Shown here in pieces: positions 9,765 to 20,026 of a stretch of 64,000 nt of DNA. Within the stretch, counting starts at the first letter, position 1. Every line of letters starts with the position of its first letter. The notes under the pieces are model-generated. The model saw nothing but the letters and a program-made list of their open reading frames with translations. It was not told where the DNA came from and searched no databases. This DNA is from a virus (lineage: Duplodnaviria; Heunggongvirae; Uroviricota; Caudoviricetes): the IMG/VR virus record IMGVR_UViG_3300033070_001123. One strand, 5' to 3'. Position numbers and translations under genes: made by a program.

Positions 9765-9828
9765 AAACCTTCCTCGCCTACGAAGGGTAGGCGGCAAGTC
9801 TGTTTTGACTCGCAATTAAGGAAGGTTT
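9765..9828 (-). promoter_or_regulatory. three-way-junction RNA structure in the phoH leader
   Basis: Minus strand: P1 AAACCTTCCT/AGGAAGGTTT (10 bp) encloses P2 GCGAGTC/GACTTGC (7 bp with one G-U) and P3 CGCCTAC/GTAGGCG (7 bp); ends about 20 nt upstream of the SD. Confidence 0.65.
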
Positions 9829-9899
9829 CACTCAGCTAGCTCTCTAAAATAAACAACACAACGTAGTACATATTACGAAACATCACCAATAAGATCCTC

Positions 9900-10250
9900 T
9901 TATTTCGGCTTCATATTTTTACTTCTATTGAGAGCCTTAATACAAAGTTCATTTGCATTTCTAACTCTTATTTCACCAAGATCAAAAATGTATGAATTGT
10001 TCTTATCAAGAGTCCCGTCAATATACTTGATAACCATTGGTGTATACAACGCTATACCCTTGCCGTCTGGCAACTCCAAAAATATTCGCTTTGCCATAGA
10101 AGGAAGAGCGTCAATAATCGGGTCTCCGCCTCTAACGATTCTATTTTTCAACTCTGCTGAAGGAAGAAAGAAAAACTCAACCTCGTCAGCAAGCCCTAAC
10201 TGCTTTAGCTTTGCAAGAAATTCACCCGGCGTTGGTTTACTATCATTCAT
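9900..10250 (-). CDS. hypothetical protein
   Basis: 116-aa ORF on the operon strand with normal spacing. Confidence 0.7.
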   Translation of the reverse strand: MNDSKPTPGEFLAKLKQLGLADEVEFFFLPSAELKNRIVRGGDPIIDALPSMAKRIFLELPDGKGIALYTPMVIKYIDGTLDKNNSYIFDLGEIRVRNANELCIKALNRSKNMKPK

Positions 10251-10258
10251 GCTTTATC

Positions 10259-10384
10259 TCATTTCTTAGGCTTACAACTTCCTTTAGAGTACGGTTCCTT
10301 TCCAGGAACAGGCTCGTACCCTTTCCAGCATCGACCTTTTTTCTTCTTTTCCGCCTTGTAAGACTTTGATTCTATGTTTTTCAT
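10259..10384 (-). CDS. 41-aa basic microprotein
   Basis: Not in the ORF track; SD AGGAG then MKNIESKSYKAEKKKKGRCWKGYEPVPGKEPYSKGSCKPKK*; fills the gap exactly. Confidence 0.7.
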   Translation of the reverse strand: MKNIESKSYKAEKKKKGRCWKGYEPVPGKEPYSKGSCKPKK

Positions 10385-10399
10385 AATTATCGTCTCCTA

Positions 10400-11695
10400 T
10401 CAAACGCCTCCACCAAACATATATCGGAACCATCTCGACCTTCCGCCTGGCAATGTAAACTCTGGAACAGTAATAGCCTTCGTTCTTGGATACCTACCAA
10501 ACTTCTTCTGCTCAAGAAGCCTTGTAAACTCTTCTTCATAATTCTTCTTCAGAGTTTCCATATTAGAAAAAGCCTTCTGAGCAGCGTCAGAGCCTCCAAA
10601 AACCTGTTGAGGCTGTTGGAAATTCAAGCACATAAGAAGCTCTCGAATAGCGTCCTTCGCTGCTCCATAAAGCAAAAGCGGTATGTAAATATCAGGAACA
10701 CTCAAAATGCTATAAGCGCTTTGAGGAGGATAGAAATTGGCTATAGCCAACGCATTCAAAAGGAATCGGTCTAACTGTTCATCGCTAAACCACCTAAAGT
10801 TATAATCAGCATAGATCGTATCATAATCAGAAAGAGGCGAATCAAAAAGAACCGTACCATTGAAGTAGTTTATCTCGTATCCACCTTCAACAAGCTTGTT
10901 GTTTCTAAAGATTCTCGTTCCATAAGCTTGATTCCATCGAGCAAAAGTAAACTTGTACTTTTGATTGTTTATATCAGGAATAGACTGCTCATGATATACA
11001 GGAATCTTCTGAGCGCAACAAATCATCTCACTAAGAGCAACTCTCAAATCTCCAAAGCGAGCGCCATAAAGCTGAATATCAGAGTTTAATGTATCCCCGC
11101 TTGGAGCTATGATAACCTCTTGAAGTTCAGCGCCAGTATAACCGTTAGCTACATAACTCCATGTAACAAGATACTTACCAGCTTCCAAGTCAGTAGGAAT
11201 CGTCCAGTCGAAAGTATAAAATCCAGGCCTAACATAATCTGGATTTACATCCGTCAATACAGGGCTTCCGTCTTTGGTTACGCTAAGAGTAAGAGTTTCT
11301 GCCTTCAATGGATTACCATGAACGTCTGTAAGACTCAAAAACAAAGCGCATAAAGCTCCCTGAACGAAAGTTCCTCTAGTATCTGGAACCGACTTAACAG
11401 GAGATTCTGCAATAGTAGAAAAAGGACCAAGCGACTGAACGGCATAAACAGGATCTGCACCAAGAGACGAAACTATCTTCCAAGAAGCCGTATAGATAAT
11501 ACCGTCTTCAACAGTTAGGTCATACTCGTAAACTCCAATAGAAGAATTTGTAACAAGAGTTCCGCTTGCAACGACAATAGTACCGTCCTGCTTCTTTACC
11601 CCATAAGAAGAATCTTCTGAAGCAAGCTCAACAGAATAAGCGTCGGTCAAAGAACCGTCAACTTTGTACTCAATGAATATTTTCTTAATAGCCAT
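10400..11695 (-). CDS. neck/head-completion protein with N-terminal Ig-like domains
   Basis: Two Ig-like repeats (GVYEYDLTV; PGFYTFDWTIP); C-terminal FSDEQLDRFL...LLYGAAKDAI resembles head-tail adaptor folds. Confidence 0.55.
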   Translation of the reverse strand: MAIKKIFIEYKVDGSLTDAYSVELASEDSSYGVKKQDGTIVVASGTLVTNSSIGVYEYDLTVEDGIIYTASWKIVSSLGADPVYAVQSLGPFSTIAESPVKSVPDTRGTFVQGALCALFLSLTDVHGNPLKAETLTLSVTKDGSPVLTDVNPDYVRPGFYTFDWTIPTDLEAGKYLVTWSYVANGYTGAELQEVIIAPSGDTLNSDIQLYGARFGDLRVALSEMICCAQKIPVYHEQSIPDINNQKYKFTFARWNQAYGTRIFRNNKLVEGGYEINYFNGTVLFDSPLSDYDTIYADYNFRWFSDEQLDRFLLNALAIANFYPPQSAYSILSVPDIYIPLLLYGAAKDAIRELLMCLNFQQPQQVFGGSDAAQKAFSNMETLKKNYEEEFTRLLEQKKFGRYPRTKAITVPEFTLPGGRSRWFRYMFGGGV

Positions 11696-11698
11696 TTA

Positions 11699-12223
11699 TC
11701 ATCTAACTCCAGGCGTAATTTGCACAGAAGAACCTTGCGTTCCTGTTGTAATATTGATAATTTCTGAGGCTGGAACCTTCTTGTTTTCGCCAAGAGTAAT
11801 CTCAGGGCCTACAGATTGTGTTCCTGCTGTAATCTCTATTGTTGTATTATTTCCTACGTCTGTTTCAGTGGAGTTTTCAACAACAACGCTCGAATGCCCA
11901 ACATTAACGCTAACAGTTCCACCAGAGCCTCCTGAACAAACTTCAGAAACTTTAACATCTAGATTCTCCGCTTCTTGCGGATTTACAGATACAAAAGCTA
12001 GTATATTGTTAGGAAAGCCTTGTTCGTAAAACTTAACACCTCCCCTAAACCCATCAGGAAAAGCTTCATAATGCCAAAGATAATAACCGTTACCAACCTC
12101 GCTAAATCCTGTTGAAACTCCGCTACCAACAAGAGCTAAAGAAGAATCAACAAGCTGAGCATTAAGGGTTACGCCAGCTTTACTTGAGCCTAAAGCAAGA
12201 GATATGTCAAGAGTATATGCCAT
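11699..12223 (-). CDS. virion structural protein, paralog of the N-terminus of 20980-21987
   Basis: GFSEVGNGYYLWHYEAFPDGFRGGVKF aligns with GFFEVGEGFYIWEYSNFPENFRGGVKF. Confidence 0.7.
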   Translation of the reverse strand: MAYTLDISLALGSSKAGVTLNAQLVDSSLALVGSGVSTGFSEVGNGYYLWHYEAFPDGFRGGVKFYEQGFPNNILAFVSVNPQEAENLDVKVSEVCSGGSGGTVSVNVGHSSVVVENSTETDVGNNTTIEITAGTQSVGPEITLGENKKVPASEIINITTGTQGSSVQITPGVR

Positions 12224-12669
12224 TATAAGGCTCCAGGAATAAGGTCTGTCATTCTCTTGATTGCAGCAAGAAGATCTGCTTGCTCAGTCGTCAAACCTCC
12301 AGTTGCAACAGTAATAGCTTGCACTGGCTGTTGATAGTTTACCCTAACAACATAGTTACCGTCTGTATTCATAAATGGATCACCGCCGCCGTCAACAAGC
12401 AGGACTCCATTGGTTACATTTAGGGTATGATTTGCCTCTTGCGGCTTAATTCTCCACCCATTTGCCAAGAACGCATACAAAGGAACATATGTTCCGCTGC
12501 CAGGATCAATTGGGTCTCCTCCTGAAACCAAGAAAGCCAACTCCCATTTACTATTATCGCTTGTCAAAACCCAATCTTTCCATCTGGAATACAAATCCTT
12601 AACGTCTAGAGTTGTTGTTCCAGTCGTTAGCGTAATAACTTTTTGAGAGCCGTCAAAAGAGTATCCCAT
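12223..12669 (-). CDS. putative tail/baseplate structural protein
   Basis: 148 aa; VKDLYSRWKDW and FLANGWRIKP resemble the N-terminus of 18072-19979. Confidence 0.65.
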   Translation of the reverse strand: MGYSFDGSQKVITLTTGTTTLDVKDLYSRWKDWVLTSDNSKWELAFLVSGGDPIDPGSGTYVPLYAFLANGWRIKPQEANHTLNVTNGVLLVDGGGDPFMNTDGNYVVRVNYQQPVQAITVATGGLTTEQADLLAAIKRMTDLIPGAL

Positions 12670-12682
12670 AAATCACACTACA

Positions 12683-15600
12683 TTACGGGTTGAGGTAATT
12701 CCTATCAATGACTTGCTGAACAGGGATAGAAACAGATTCAGAAGTCAAGGTATACGGAATGGTCAAATGCAGATATCCGTAGTTCTGAATGACTATGTTT
12801 ACATCGACATTTGCATAGTAATCGTATGTTAGAGAGAATGAGGTTCCGCTGCTTGTCGTTCCTCCAAGAGAAACGCCGTCCGAAGTTCTTACAAACGTAA
12901 TCTTCGATCCTGTCTTAAGTCCCGTCAATGTAATAGTTGGAGTCGTTTCAGGATAAATAGCCGTTTTATCAACGGTTGTAAATATCATCAAACCGTCTAT
13001 GTAGCTTGTAAAGCTTGGTCCTAAAGCAAAACCATTCGTTGCCGAATTTGTTGCCCTGCCCGTAACTCCGCTTCTTATAACTTCTCCTGGAATGAAAGAG
13101 CCAGTAACACTTGACAGTCTAAGAGTTCCGCCTATACCTGACGCGCCTGCCTCTTCGTCGTCAACAACAGCGGTCGCTCCAGAAGTAGCACCGTTAATGG
13201 TTTCGCCAATAACAAATCTTGAAGTAAATGAAGTATACTTCATAAACGTTGTTGCTGTAAACTTGATCTTTAGATAAAAACCAACGTCAGCGTCTGGTAA
13301 CGTTTCGGCAACAAGGTTCTCTGGCGTAGCTTCTTTATATGCTCCATATCCAGAACCTGTATCTATTTTGTACTCAATCTTAAGGCCATAGCCTGTTGTA
13401 TTATCATTTCCAAAATCACTTACGTTTACCTTATAGGCCAAGCTTCTAAAGGCTGATACACCATATATCTTATGAGGCCAAGTATACTCTATAGAATCGC
13501 CTGCGGTTTCAAAATACAACCTTCCGCTATTCGAAAACTTAGGACTACCTGATATCGTTGCATATGGAGGCGTACTAAGAGCCGAAGCATTAAACGTCAT
13601 AGCCAATGCGCCGTTAGTTGTTCCTTGATAAAGTTCATTGAAAATTGTATCGTATATTGTTGTGTAACCGTTTGCAACTCCGTCAGTTGATGTTGTTATT
13701 GTAGAAGTTGTTGCCGTTCCTGTGGCAGGAGCAAAAGAACCCCCAACAACACCTTTGCATATCGTATTGATATAGTTATTGTTCAATGGAAGAGCATAAG
13801 AATTTGATCTTATATTCTGCAATATAAGTCCTGAGTTGTTGTTTGTTGTTCCTGAAGTTCCACCAAAAGGATAAACAGCAGCAGTGGCGTTGAAAATATT
13901 CTTAACATCCCAATCATAGATAAAATTGTTATTGCATAGATTTGAAAGAGCAAGAATTGAGCTTGTTGCCGAGTTTGCATAATCAAAACCAACATCATAT
14001 CCTATAAACTGATTATCAGAAGATGTCGTCAAGCTTATAAGACCAGCAGTTATACCTCCTCCAATTTCAGTTAAGTTTCTAAATACGTTACCATTACTAT
14101 TTGTCAATATCTGCGTAACGGTGCTGACGTTTACATGATTTGCTGTTCTGTTATTTACGCTAGGAGTAAAGCCCGAAGACGTACCAACATAAAGTTCATG
14201 CCACATGCCTGTAACAAGAGCGCCTGTATAAACTATGCCTTGATGAGAGTCTTCTCCTGCATTCCCTTTACTAAAAGCAAGAATAGAAGAAGGCTCCAAA
14301 GCGCCTTGAGAAACAGACGTTGTAGTTGTTGCGACATAAGGAATAGCTGTAGCGCCCGTATTTACACAAGGAGACGACGCTATCATGCTTGCGCCGTTAT
14401 TATTTATGGTTATAGTTGCCGTCGTGCTAGCGCCTACAGCAGTAAAGGTAACAGATATCCTTTGCCAATCATATGTTGTAGTAAAGGCTTGAGACGAAGA
14501 TCCAAAACTTATACTTCCCGCAACAGCAGTTTGAGGAGTAGCTATATCAGATCTTACATATACGGAGAACGTATATTGAATGCCATTGGTCGTTGTGACT
14601 GACTGAGTAACAGTTGCATTATTACCAGTGGCAAGAAGTCTGTCGGCAGTACCCGTAATAGCGCCTGTAGCCCAATAAGCTTGAGTTGGAGGAATATCAA
14701 TGTTTACCGTAACAGTAACAGTTGTCTTTGTCCAAGAAGCATTAGAAAAATCGTCAGACTGTAAACAAAGATTTGTAACAGTAGTAGCAGCACCTTGAGT
14801 ATAACACTCTTGCTCGGCTGACTCTGTTCCCCATGCAAAGTTCAAAGTACCAGAAACGGTTCCTGTATTAGCAACTGTAACGGTCATTGACGTATTTGAA
14901 TCAACAGACTGTATTTGAGCATTTTGACCTATGTTAGTTCCAAAGACATACATACCAGCAACTAGGCCAAAAGTAAGAGTAACTCCAAGTATATCTTGCG
15001 TTAGATTATTTGATAAAGTAATTTGATAGTAAGAATCAACGCTTGCAACGGTCGTATTAGCTGGAACTCCAGTTCCAGAAACAGGCATACCAGCAACAAT
15101 ACCTACTGTATCAAAGTTAGATCCTATAGCTAGGATTATGTTCTTTCCAGATTTTCCTTTACAGTTCGTTATCGTTGCAACAGCATTAAAGTTGCCTGAT
15201 GTTGTTACGGTTGTCGAACTTCCCGAGCCAGAGCCAGTGCCGCCTGCAATTCTAACATTGTACTTTCTAAGAACATAATAGTAAGTTGTTCCATTAACAG
15301 GAGCAGACAGCAAAAGACCGCCGTTATCATTTACAGTGACAGTAGCGGCAGTGCCGTTTTGATAAAGCCTTGTTGTTGCGTCTCTTGTTGTAAATCCGGG
15401 AGTTGTGCCTCTGTATATTTCGTAAACAACTGTTGCGGCGGATGGCGCTCTTTGAGTCCAAGTTAGAGCGTTAGTAGCGGAACCTGTATTAATTGCGCCG
15501 AAGTTGAATGGATGGAATTTATCAGGGCCAATATAAGGAGTAGCAGAAACAACTCTGCTTTCATGATAACTTGTTGGATTTCTCCAATCCTTAAACGTTC

Positions 15601-18040
15601 TGGCTTTGAAATAATACTTTGTTCCGTCAACAAACCTATCTCCCGTTGACGGATCATAACCGTACCTTGCGCCAGAAGCATAAAGGAGTCTTCCGTAAAA
15701 CATACCTTGAGCGGTTGTTATGCCATTGAGAGTATTGTTGTTTGACCTAATGAAGTTATTTACTGCGCAACCATAAATTTCCGTATCCGTAAGAGTACAA
15801 TCAAAAACGGAATCGGAAAAATACAAACCAAAAGAAGAGCTTTTAATAGGACTTAGACAAAACAATCTTAGCTTATTGAAAGTTGCATTCTGCGTAAATG
15901 AAAGACCAAGAATACCTGTAACCGCTGCTGCGCCAGTAAGAGCTTGCGGATTAGAAACAACAATAGACAGATCCGTTATAGACGCATTCGAGATATAGCT
16001 CCAAATAGCATTAGTACCAAAACGACCTCTACGAGTTTGCCAAACTGAAGTACCAAAGAAAAGCCTATCAGGATGCAAGCCCATACCAACAGACTCAATA
16101 ACAAGCGAATAAGTTTCTGCAATAAGCGGTATAATCGAAAAACCGCAGTTTTTCAAAGAACAAATTTTGGCCTGAGTAAAGTTGTTATATGACTCCGAGA
16201 AAATAGCTTTATCAACAGTTATGTTACCACCAGAAGTAAGCAATATGTTGGCGCTTAAGACCAAAGAAGAAGTCTGCAAACTTGCTGGAGTCAAATCGTC
16301 AATAACAATGTTTGGGACTCTAACCTTAGCTCCGCTAGGGACTACGTTGCCATTTGTTCCGTCACCAAATCTTATAGTTGAAGTTAGCTGAGATTTGTAA
16401 GGATTATAGATAGTGTATGTATTAGGACCAGCAGAAGCTGTAGTTACCTGATTCAATCTAAGAACTGTTGAAGATACTACAGCGTCAACAACGGAGTTAG
16501 CAGGAATACCTGTTCCGGTTATCGCTGCGCCTTCTATAACCCCTGTTGTTGATGTAACAGTAACATACTTAGAAACAGTAGAAACACCGCCTGACAAAGA
16601 GATAGGGCCGCAAGACACAACAGTTCCGCCACCAGACGTATCTGCGTCTTGAGTAAAGAACTTTCCTCTTTGATCAACGCTAACGCCGCTCAATCCGTCT
16701 CTAAGAAGAGTTGGTATCTTATCATAAGAACCTGTTACATTGTTCCATATCTCATATATTCCAGTTCCGCTACCCGTTTCAACCCAAACGCAAGGGCAAT
16801 GATTCCTATAAGGCAAGGTCATTGTTTGATTAGAAGAACCGCTACCAGTTCCTATTTCAATCCAATTTCCAGTAATCTCAACTGTTCCAAGACCGCTTGC
16901 GGGAACTATTGAGTTAACGGTTGAGCCTGTATTACGACCCATAGCAAATTGTATTGGTGTCGAAGTTGAACTGTTTGTAATCAGTAATTTACCGTCGTTA
17001 ATCGTTATGGTTTTCCAAAACTTAGTCTGGTCTGTATTAACTGTTATGGTTGAACCATTGTTAATAGTCAGCGTATCACCCGAGTTCCACTTTATTGGAG
17101 TCTCGCAAACAGAAGTATAAGCGGCAGAGGACAACGTTCGGCCTGTCCATGTAATGCCATCAGGCGAGGTTGCAAGTCCGTTAGATGTTGCGTTTGTTAT
17201 TGCGCCAAAAAGTTTAAGACTGTTTGAGTAAGCAATAGAAGACCAGTTACCAGAAACAGGCAAAACTCTTTGAGTCCAATCTATTCCGTCAGTAGATGTT
17301 AGAGCTACAGTACCGCCTGTTGCAACTGCAACAAAAACGCCGTTTCCATAAGCTATGGAAGTCCAGTTTCCTGTTACAGGCAATGTATTGCAAGCATTCC
17401 AAGTAACACCACCGTCTGTTGAATATGCTCCTGCTGTTGAGTTATATCTCAAAGCAACAAGAGTGCCATTACCAGCCGCAACACATCTCCAATCACCAGA
17501 GGACGGCAATGTAGCAGAACTCCAAGAAGTTCCATTTGTTGAATAAGCAGCAGCAGTTGAAGTACCGCCAGAAACAGCAGCGAAATTGCCATTTACAGAA
17601 TCATAAGCAACGGATAGCCAGTTAGCAGAAGCTGGTAATGTTCTAGCCGTAAAAGTTATACCGTCTGTTGAAGAAGCAGCAGCGGTTGAAGAAGTCGTTG
17701 AAACAGCAACGAAAACGCCCTCGCCAAATGCAAGAGCCGTCCAAGCCGCCGTAGAAGGCATACCTGTTGCGTTGGCTGTCCATGTTGTACAATCATAAGA
17801 ATAGTTAAGGGCTTGAGTTCCTGCCGCAACAGCAACAGCAACAACGTTACCATTTCCGGCGGGGTCTCCGCAACAAACAGCGTTCCAAGAGTTTGCCGCA
17901 GAGAGAGCGTTCGTACCAGTTGACCACGTTACGCCATCAATAGACGTAGTTCTCGTTCTTGAGCCAGTGATTACCGCAGTAAACCCAACGCTATCAAGAA
18001 CGTCAATGTTATTACTGACGTTTGCAATGATTGCTGCCAT
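12683..18040 (-). CDS. large tail fibre/receptor-binding-like protein (Asp-box propeller, beta-helix and carbohydrate-binding-like domains)
   Basis: 1785 aa, T/S/G-rich; repeated S-x-D/N-G-x-T/S-W Asp-box motifs in the first ~320 aa; N-rich beta-helix-like stretches. Confidence 0.75.
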   Translation of the reverse strand: MAAIIANVSNNIDVLDSVGFTAVITGSRTRTTSIDGVTWSTGTNALSAANSWNAVCCGDPAGNGNVVAVAVAAGTQALNYSYDCTTWTANATGMPSTAAWTALAFGEGVFVAVSTTSSTAAASSTDGITFTARTLPASANWLSVAYDSVNGNFAAVSGGTSTAAAYSTNGTSWSSATLPSSGDWRCVAAGNGTLVALRYNSTAGAYSTDGGVTWNACNTLPVTGNWTSIAYGNGVFVAVATGGTVALTSTDGIDWTQRVLPVSGNWSSIAYSNSLKLFGAITNATSNGLATSPDGITWTGRTLSSAAYTSVCETPIKWNSGDTLTINNGSTITVNTDQTKFWKTITINDGKLLITNSSTSTPIQFAMGRNTGSTVNSIVPASGLGTVEITGNWIEIGTGSGSSNQTMTLPYRNHCPCVWVETGSGTGIYEIWNNVTGSYDKIPTLLRDGLSGVSVDQRGKFFTQDADTSGGGTVVSCGPISLSGGVSTVSKYVTVTSTTGVIEGAAITGTGIPANSVVDAVVSSTVLRLNQVTTASAGPNTYTIYNPYKSQLTSTIRFGDGTNGNVVPSGAKVRVPNIVIDDLTPASLQTSSLVLSANILLTSGGNITVDKAIFSESYNNFTQAKICSLKNCGFSIIPLIAETYSLVIESVGMGLHPDRLFFGTSVWQTRRGRFGTNAIWSYISNASITDLSIVVSNPQALTGAAAVTGILGLSFTQNATFNKLRLFCLSPIKSSSFGLYFSDSVFDCTLTDTEIYGCAVNNFIRSNNNTLNGITTAQGMFYGRLLYASGARYGYDPSTGDRFVDGTKYYFKARTFKDWRNPTSYHESRVVSATPYIGPDKFHPFNFGAINTGSATNALTWTQRAPSAATVVYEIYRGTTPGFTTRDATTRLYQNGTAATVTVNDNGGLLLSAPVNGTTYYYVLRKYNVRIAGGTGSGSGSSTTVTTSGNFNAVATITNCKGKSGKNIILAIGSNFDTVGIVAGMPVSGTGVPANTTVASVDSYYQITLSNNLTQDILGVTLTFGLVAGMYVFGTNIGQNAQIQSVDSNTSMTVTVANTGTVSGTLNFAWGTESAEQECYTQGAATTVTNLCLQSDDFSNASWTKTTVTVTVNIDIPPTQAYWATGAITGTADRLLATGNNATVTQSVTTTNGIQYTFSVYVRSDIATPQTAVAGSISFGSSSQAFTTTYDWQRISVTFTAVGASTTATITINNNGASMIASSPCVNTGATAIPYVATTTTSVSQGALEPSSILAFSKGNAGEDSHQGIVYTGALVTGMWHELYVGTSSGFTPSVNNRTANHVNVSTVTQILTNSNGNVFRNLTEIGGGITAGLISLTTSSDNQFIGYDVGFDYANSATSSILALSNLCNNNFIYDWDVKNIFNATAAVYPFGGTSGTTNNNSGLILQNIRSNSYALPLNNNYINTICKGVVGGSFAPATGTATTSTITTSTDGVANGYTTIYDTIFNELYQGTTNGALAMTFNASALSTPPYATISGSPKFSNSGRLYFETAGDSIEYTWPHKIYGVSAFRSLAYKVNVSDFGNDNTTGYGLKIEYKIDTGSGYGAYKEATPENLVAETLPDADVGFYLKIKFTATTFMKYTSFTSRFVIGETINGATSGATAVVDDEEAGASGIGGTLRLSSVTGSFIPGEVIRSGVTGRATNSATNGFALGPSFTSYIDGLMIFTTVDKTAIYPETTPTITLTGLKTGSKITFVRTSDGVSLGGTTSSGTSFSLTYDYYANVDVNIVIQNYGYLHLTIPYTLTSESVSIPVQQVIDRNYLNP

Positions 18041-18071
18041 ACTCTATTATCGCCCCAAACTGATTTATGCG

Positions 18072-19979
18072 TTAGTTGCTATAGTTACGTTCAAGAGGAG
18101 CAACCAACGAAACGCTATTCGCTGTCGAGCGAGCAAGGGTTCCTGTTGCCTTAACATACTGACCCGTGTTCAAACCAATACCAACTGCTGTTATAGGAGC
18201 GTCAACTGCTGCCGTTCTACCGCCCTGAACGTTACCGTCATAGTTGAACGATAGCTGAACGCTTGACTGACTTGAAACAGATCCTGTCATATCTGCGCCT
18301 GCATTATTATCAACAATTACAGCACTTGAACTTCCGAATGGATTAAACTGAACAGTCACGCTAGCTCCCGCTGATTCGTTTGTAAAGTTAGCGTCTCCTG
18401 TATCTGCTTTTTCAACAGTAACAGAGCCGCTTGAACCACCAGCGGTAGCTCTATAAAGTCCATTATTACCTGTTGTCGCAAATCCGCTAACGTAAAACTC
18501 TTCATTATCAAGAATCTGAGAAAGATCAGTTGTTGAACTTGTAAGAGTTGCTGTTTGTCCAGAAGCACTTGTTATAGCAAATCCAGTATTTGTTGCTTGA
18601 TGAGTATATGTAAAGTAAATCCAATACTTAGCACTAGCATCAAGTCTCAAGTTATCACCAAAGTTAACAGTAAGAACAGCAACATATGGGAAAGTTCTTT
18701 GAGTTCCAGTATTGTCATAAAACTGAATTCTATTTGTATCGCTAGAGCTAAAGCCTTCGATTATAACGCCAGAACCGCCAGAATTAGGATTGCTTGGAGA
18801 AGGGTTTCCGCAAACAAGAGTATCACCAACGAATCTCATAAGAGCGTCAGCGGTCTTTCCTGTTACTGTTTGATCGGTAGAGTCAATATCTGAATTTTGC
18901 CTCAAAAGATACTGAACTTTGGTATAAATTTGCTCTGCTGTTGCCGTTACAGGAGTTCCTCTTTGAAGAGTAAAGCTTTGATTAGAAAGGGTGCTTGCAA
19001 AGGTTCCGCCAGTAATTGTAACTTGAGTTGCCGTTGGGTTTCCTGATATCGTATAAGTTCCAGCGTTTGCCCCTTCATAGATAGTAAGAGTTCCGCCTGC
19101 ATAAGGATTTCCAGAAGTGATAATTCCGCCTTCAGAAGTTGTAAAAACCGTTCCGCCAGAAGAACATGCGCCATCAACGCCCGAATGAGTTCCTACATCA
19201 ACAACAATACCAAAATTTCTATCAGTTGTTGAATCAACGTCTCTACTAAAAGCTTGATCAAAATATCTAACAAGAATTGCAGTATATGGAGAAGAAGACC
19301 CAACCGTTGAGTCGTCTGCTGTAATCTTAAGGTCAGTACCTGTAGATATAGGGAAACGATAAGCAATCGAGTCCATCGTGGTAACACCGATATCCGTCAA
19401 GCTTGACTTACCGTACAACTGATTATATTCACGACAGAAGAGATTAAAAACCGTTCTTCTATCATAATCAGAACCTTCTGCGTAGTTTCCGTCACCGTCG
19501 TCGTCTCTTAGAATTTGAACGGCCTGATTTACCTGACCAGTAAGCTGAACATCAGTCGCTGAACCACCGCTAGTCTGTTGGAAGTAAAGCTGATCGTTTG
19601 ACTCGATAGTACCAAGGCCTATAACTCCAGCCCATTTTTGAGTAATGTTACCAGATACGTTCTTAACTGTCCACCCAGCAGTTCTAATAAGATATCTGCT
19701 TGCGTCTGCGTCAAAATCCCATCCTTCAATAAACTCGAAAGATTCGTCGGTAATAGGAGTCATTGGAAAGGGAAACGCCGCAAGATTCTTGCTATTCGGA
19801 TCGTTTCTCCACTCTTCTTTTAGAAACGAATAAAGACATTTCAGCGTAACCCCGTCCGTAGATAGGTTGCCTGTTTGATTTAGCTTTATTGCTTTTGCAG
19901 CCGTATCTATAAAAACTTCAGTTGCAGTATTATTACTTGCATGATCGTTTAGATTATCAGGATCTGTGATTAACGCCAT
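18072..19979 (-). CDS. tail structural protein
   Basis: 635 aa, beta-rich, T/G/S-rich; within the fibre cluster; SD GGAG. Confidence 0.7.
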   Translation of the reverse strand: MALITDPDNLNDHASNNTATEVFIDTAAKAIKLNQTGNLSTDGVTLKCLYSFLKEEWRNDPNSKNLAAFPFPMTPITDESFEFIEGWDFDADASRYLIRTAGWTVKNVSGNITQKWAGVIGLGTIESNDQLYFQQTSGGSATDVQLTGQVNQAVQILRDDDGDGNYAEGSDYDRRTVFNLFCREYNQLYGKSSLTDIGVTTMDSIAYRFPISTGTDLKITADDSTVGSSSPYTAILVRYFDQAFSRDVDSTTDRNFGIVVDVGTHSGVDGACSSGGTVFTTSEGGIITSGNPYAGGTLTIYEGANAGTYTISGNPTATQVTITGGTFASTLSNQSFTLQRGTPVTATAEQIYTKVQYLLRQNSDIDSTDQTVTGKTADALMRFVGDTLVCGNPSPSNPNSGGSGVIIEGFSSSDTNRIQFYDNTGTQRTFPYVAVLTVNFGDNLRLDASAKYWIYFTYTHQATNTGFAITSASGQTATLTSSTTDLSQILDNEEFYVSGFATTGNNGLYRATAGGSSGSVTVEKADTGDANFTNESAGASVTVQFNPFGSSSAVIVDNNAGADMTGSVSSQSSVQLSFNYDGNVQGGRTAAVDAPITAVGIGLNTGQYVKATGTLARSTANSVSLVAPLERNYSN

Positions 19980-20026
19980 TTTTTAACTCCAAGTTACCGT
20001 ACACCGTAAAATACAAGAAATCGAAC

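Noticed and set aside
9928-10269. 113-aa plus-strand ORF
   Set aside because: Antisense to a 116-aa ORF that fits the operon strand and spacing better.
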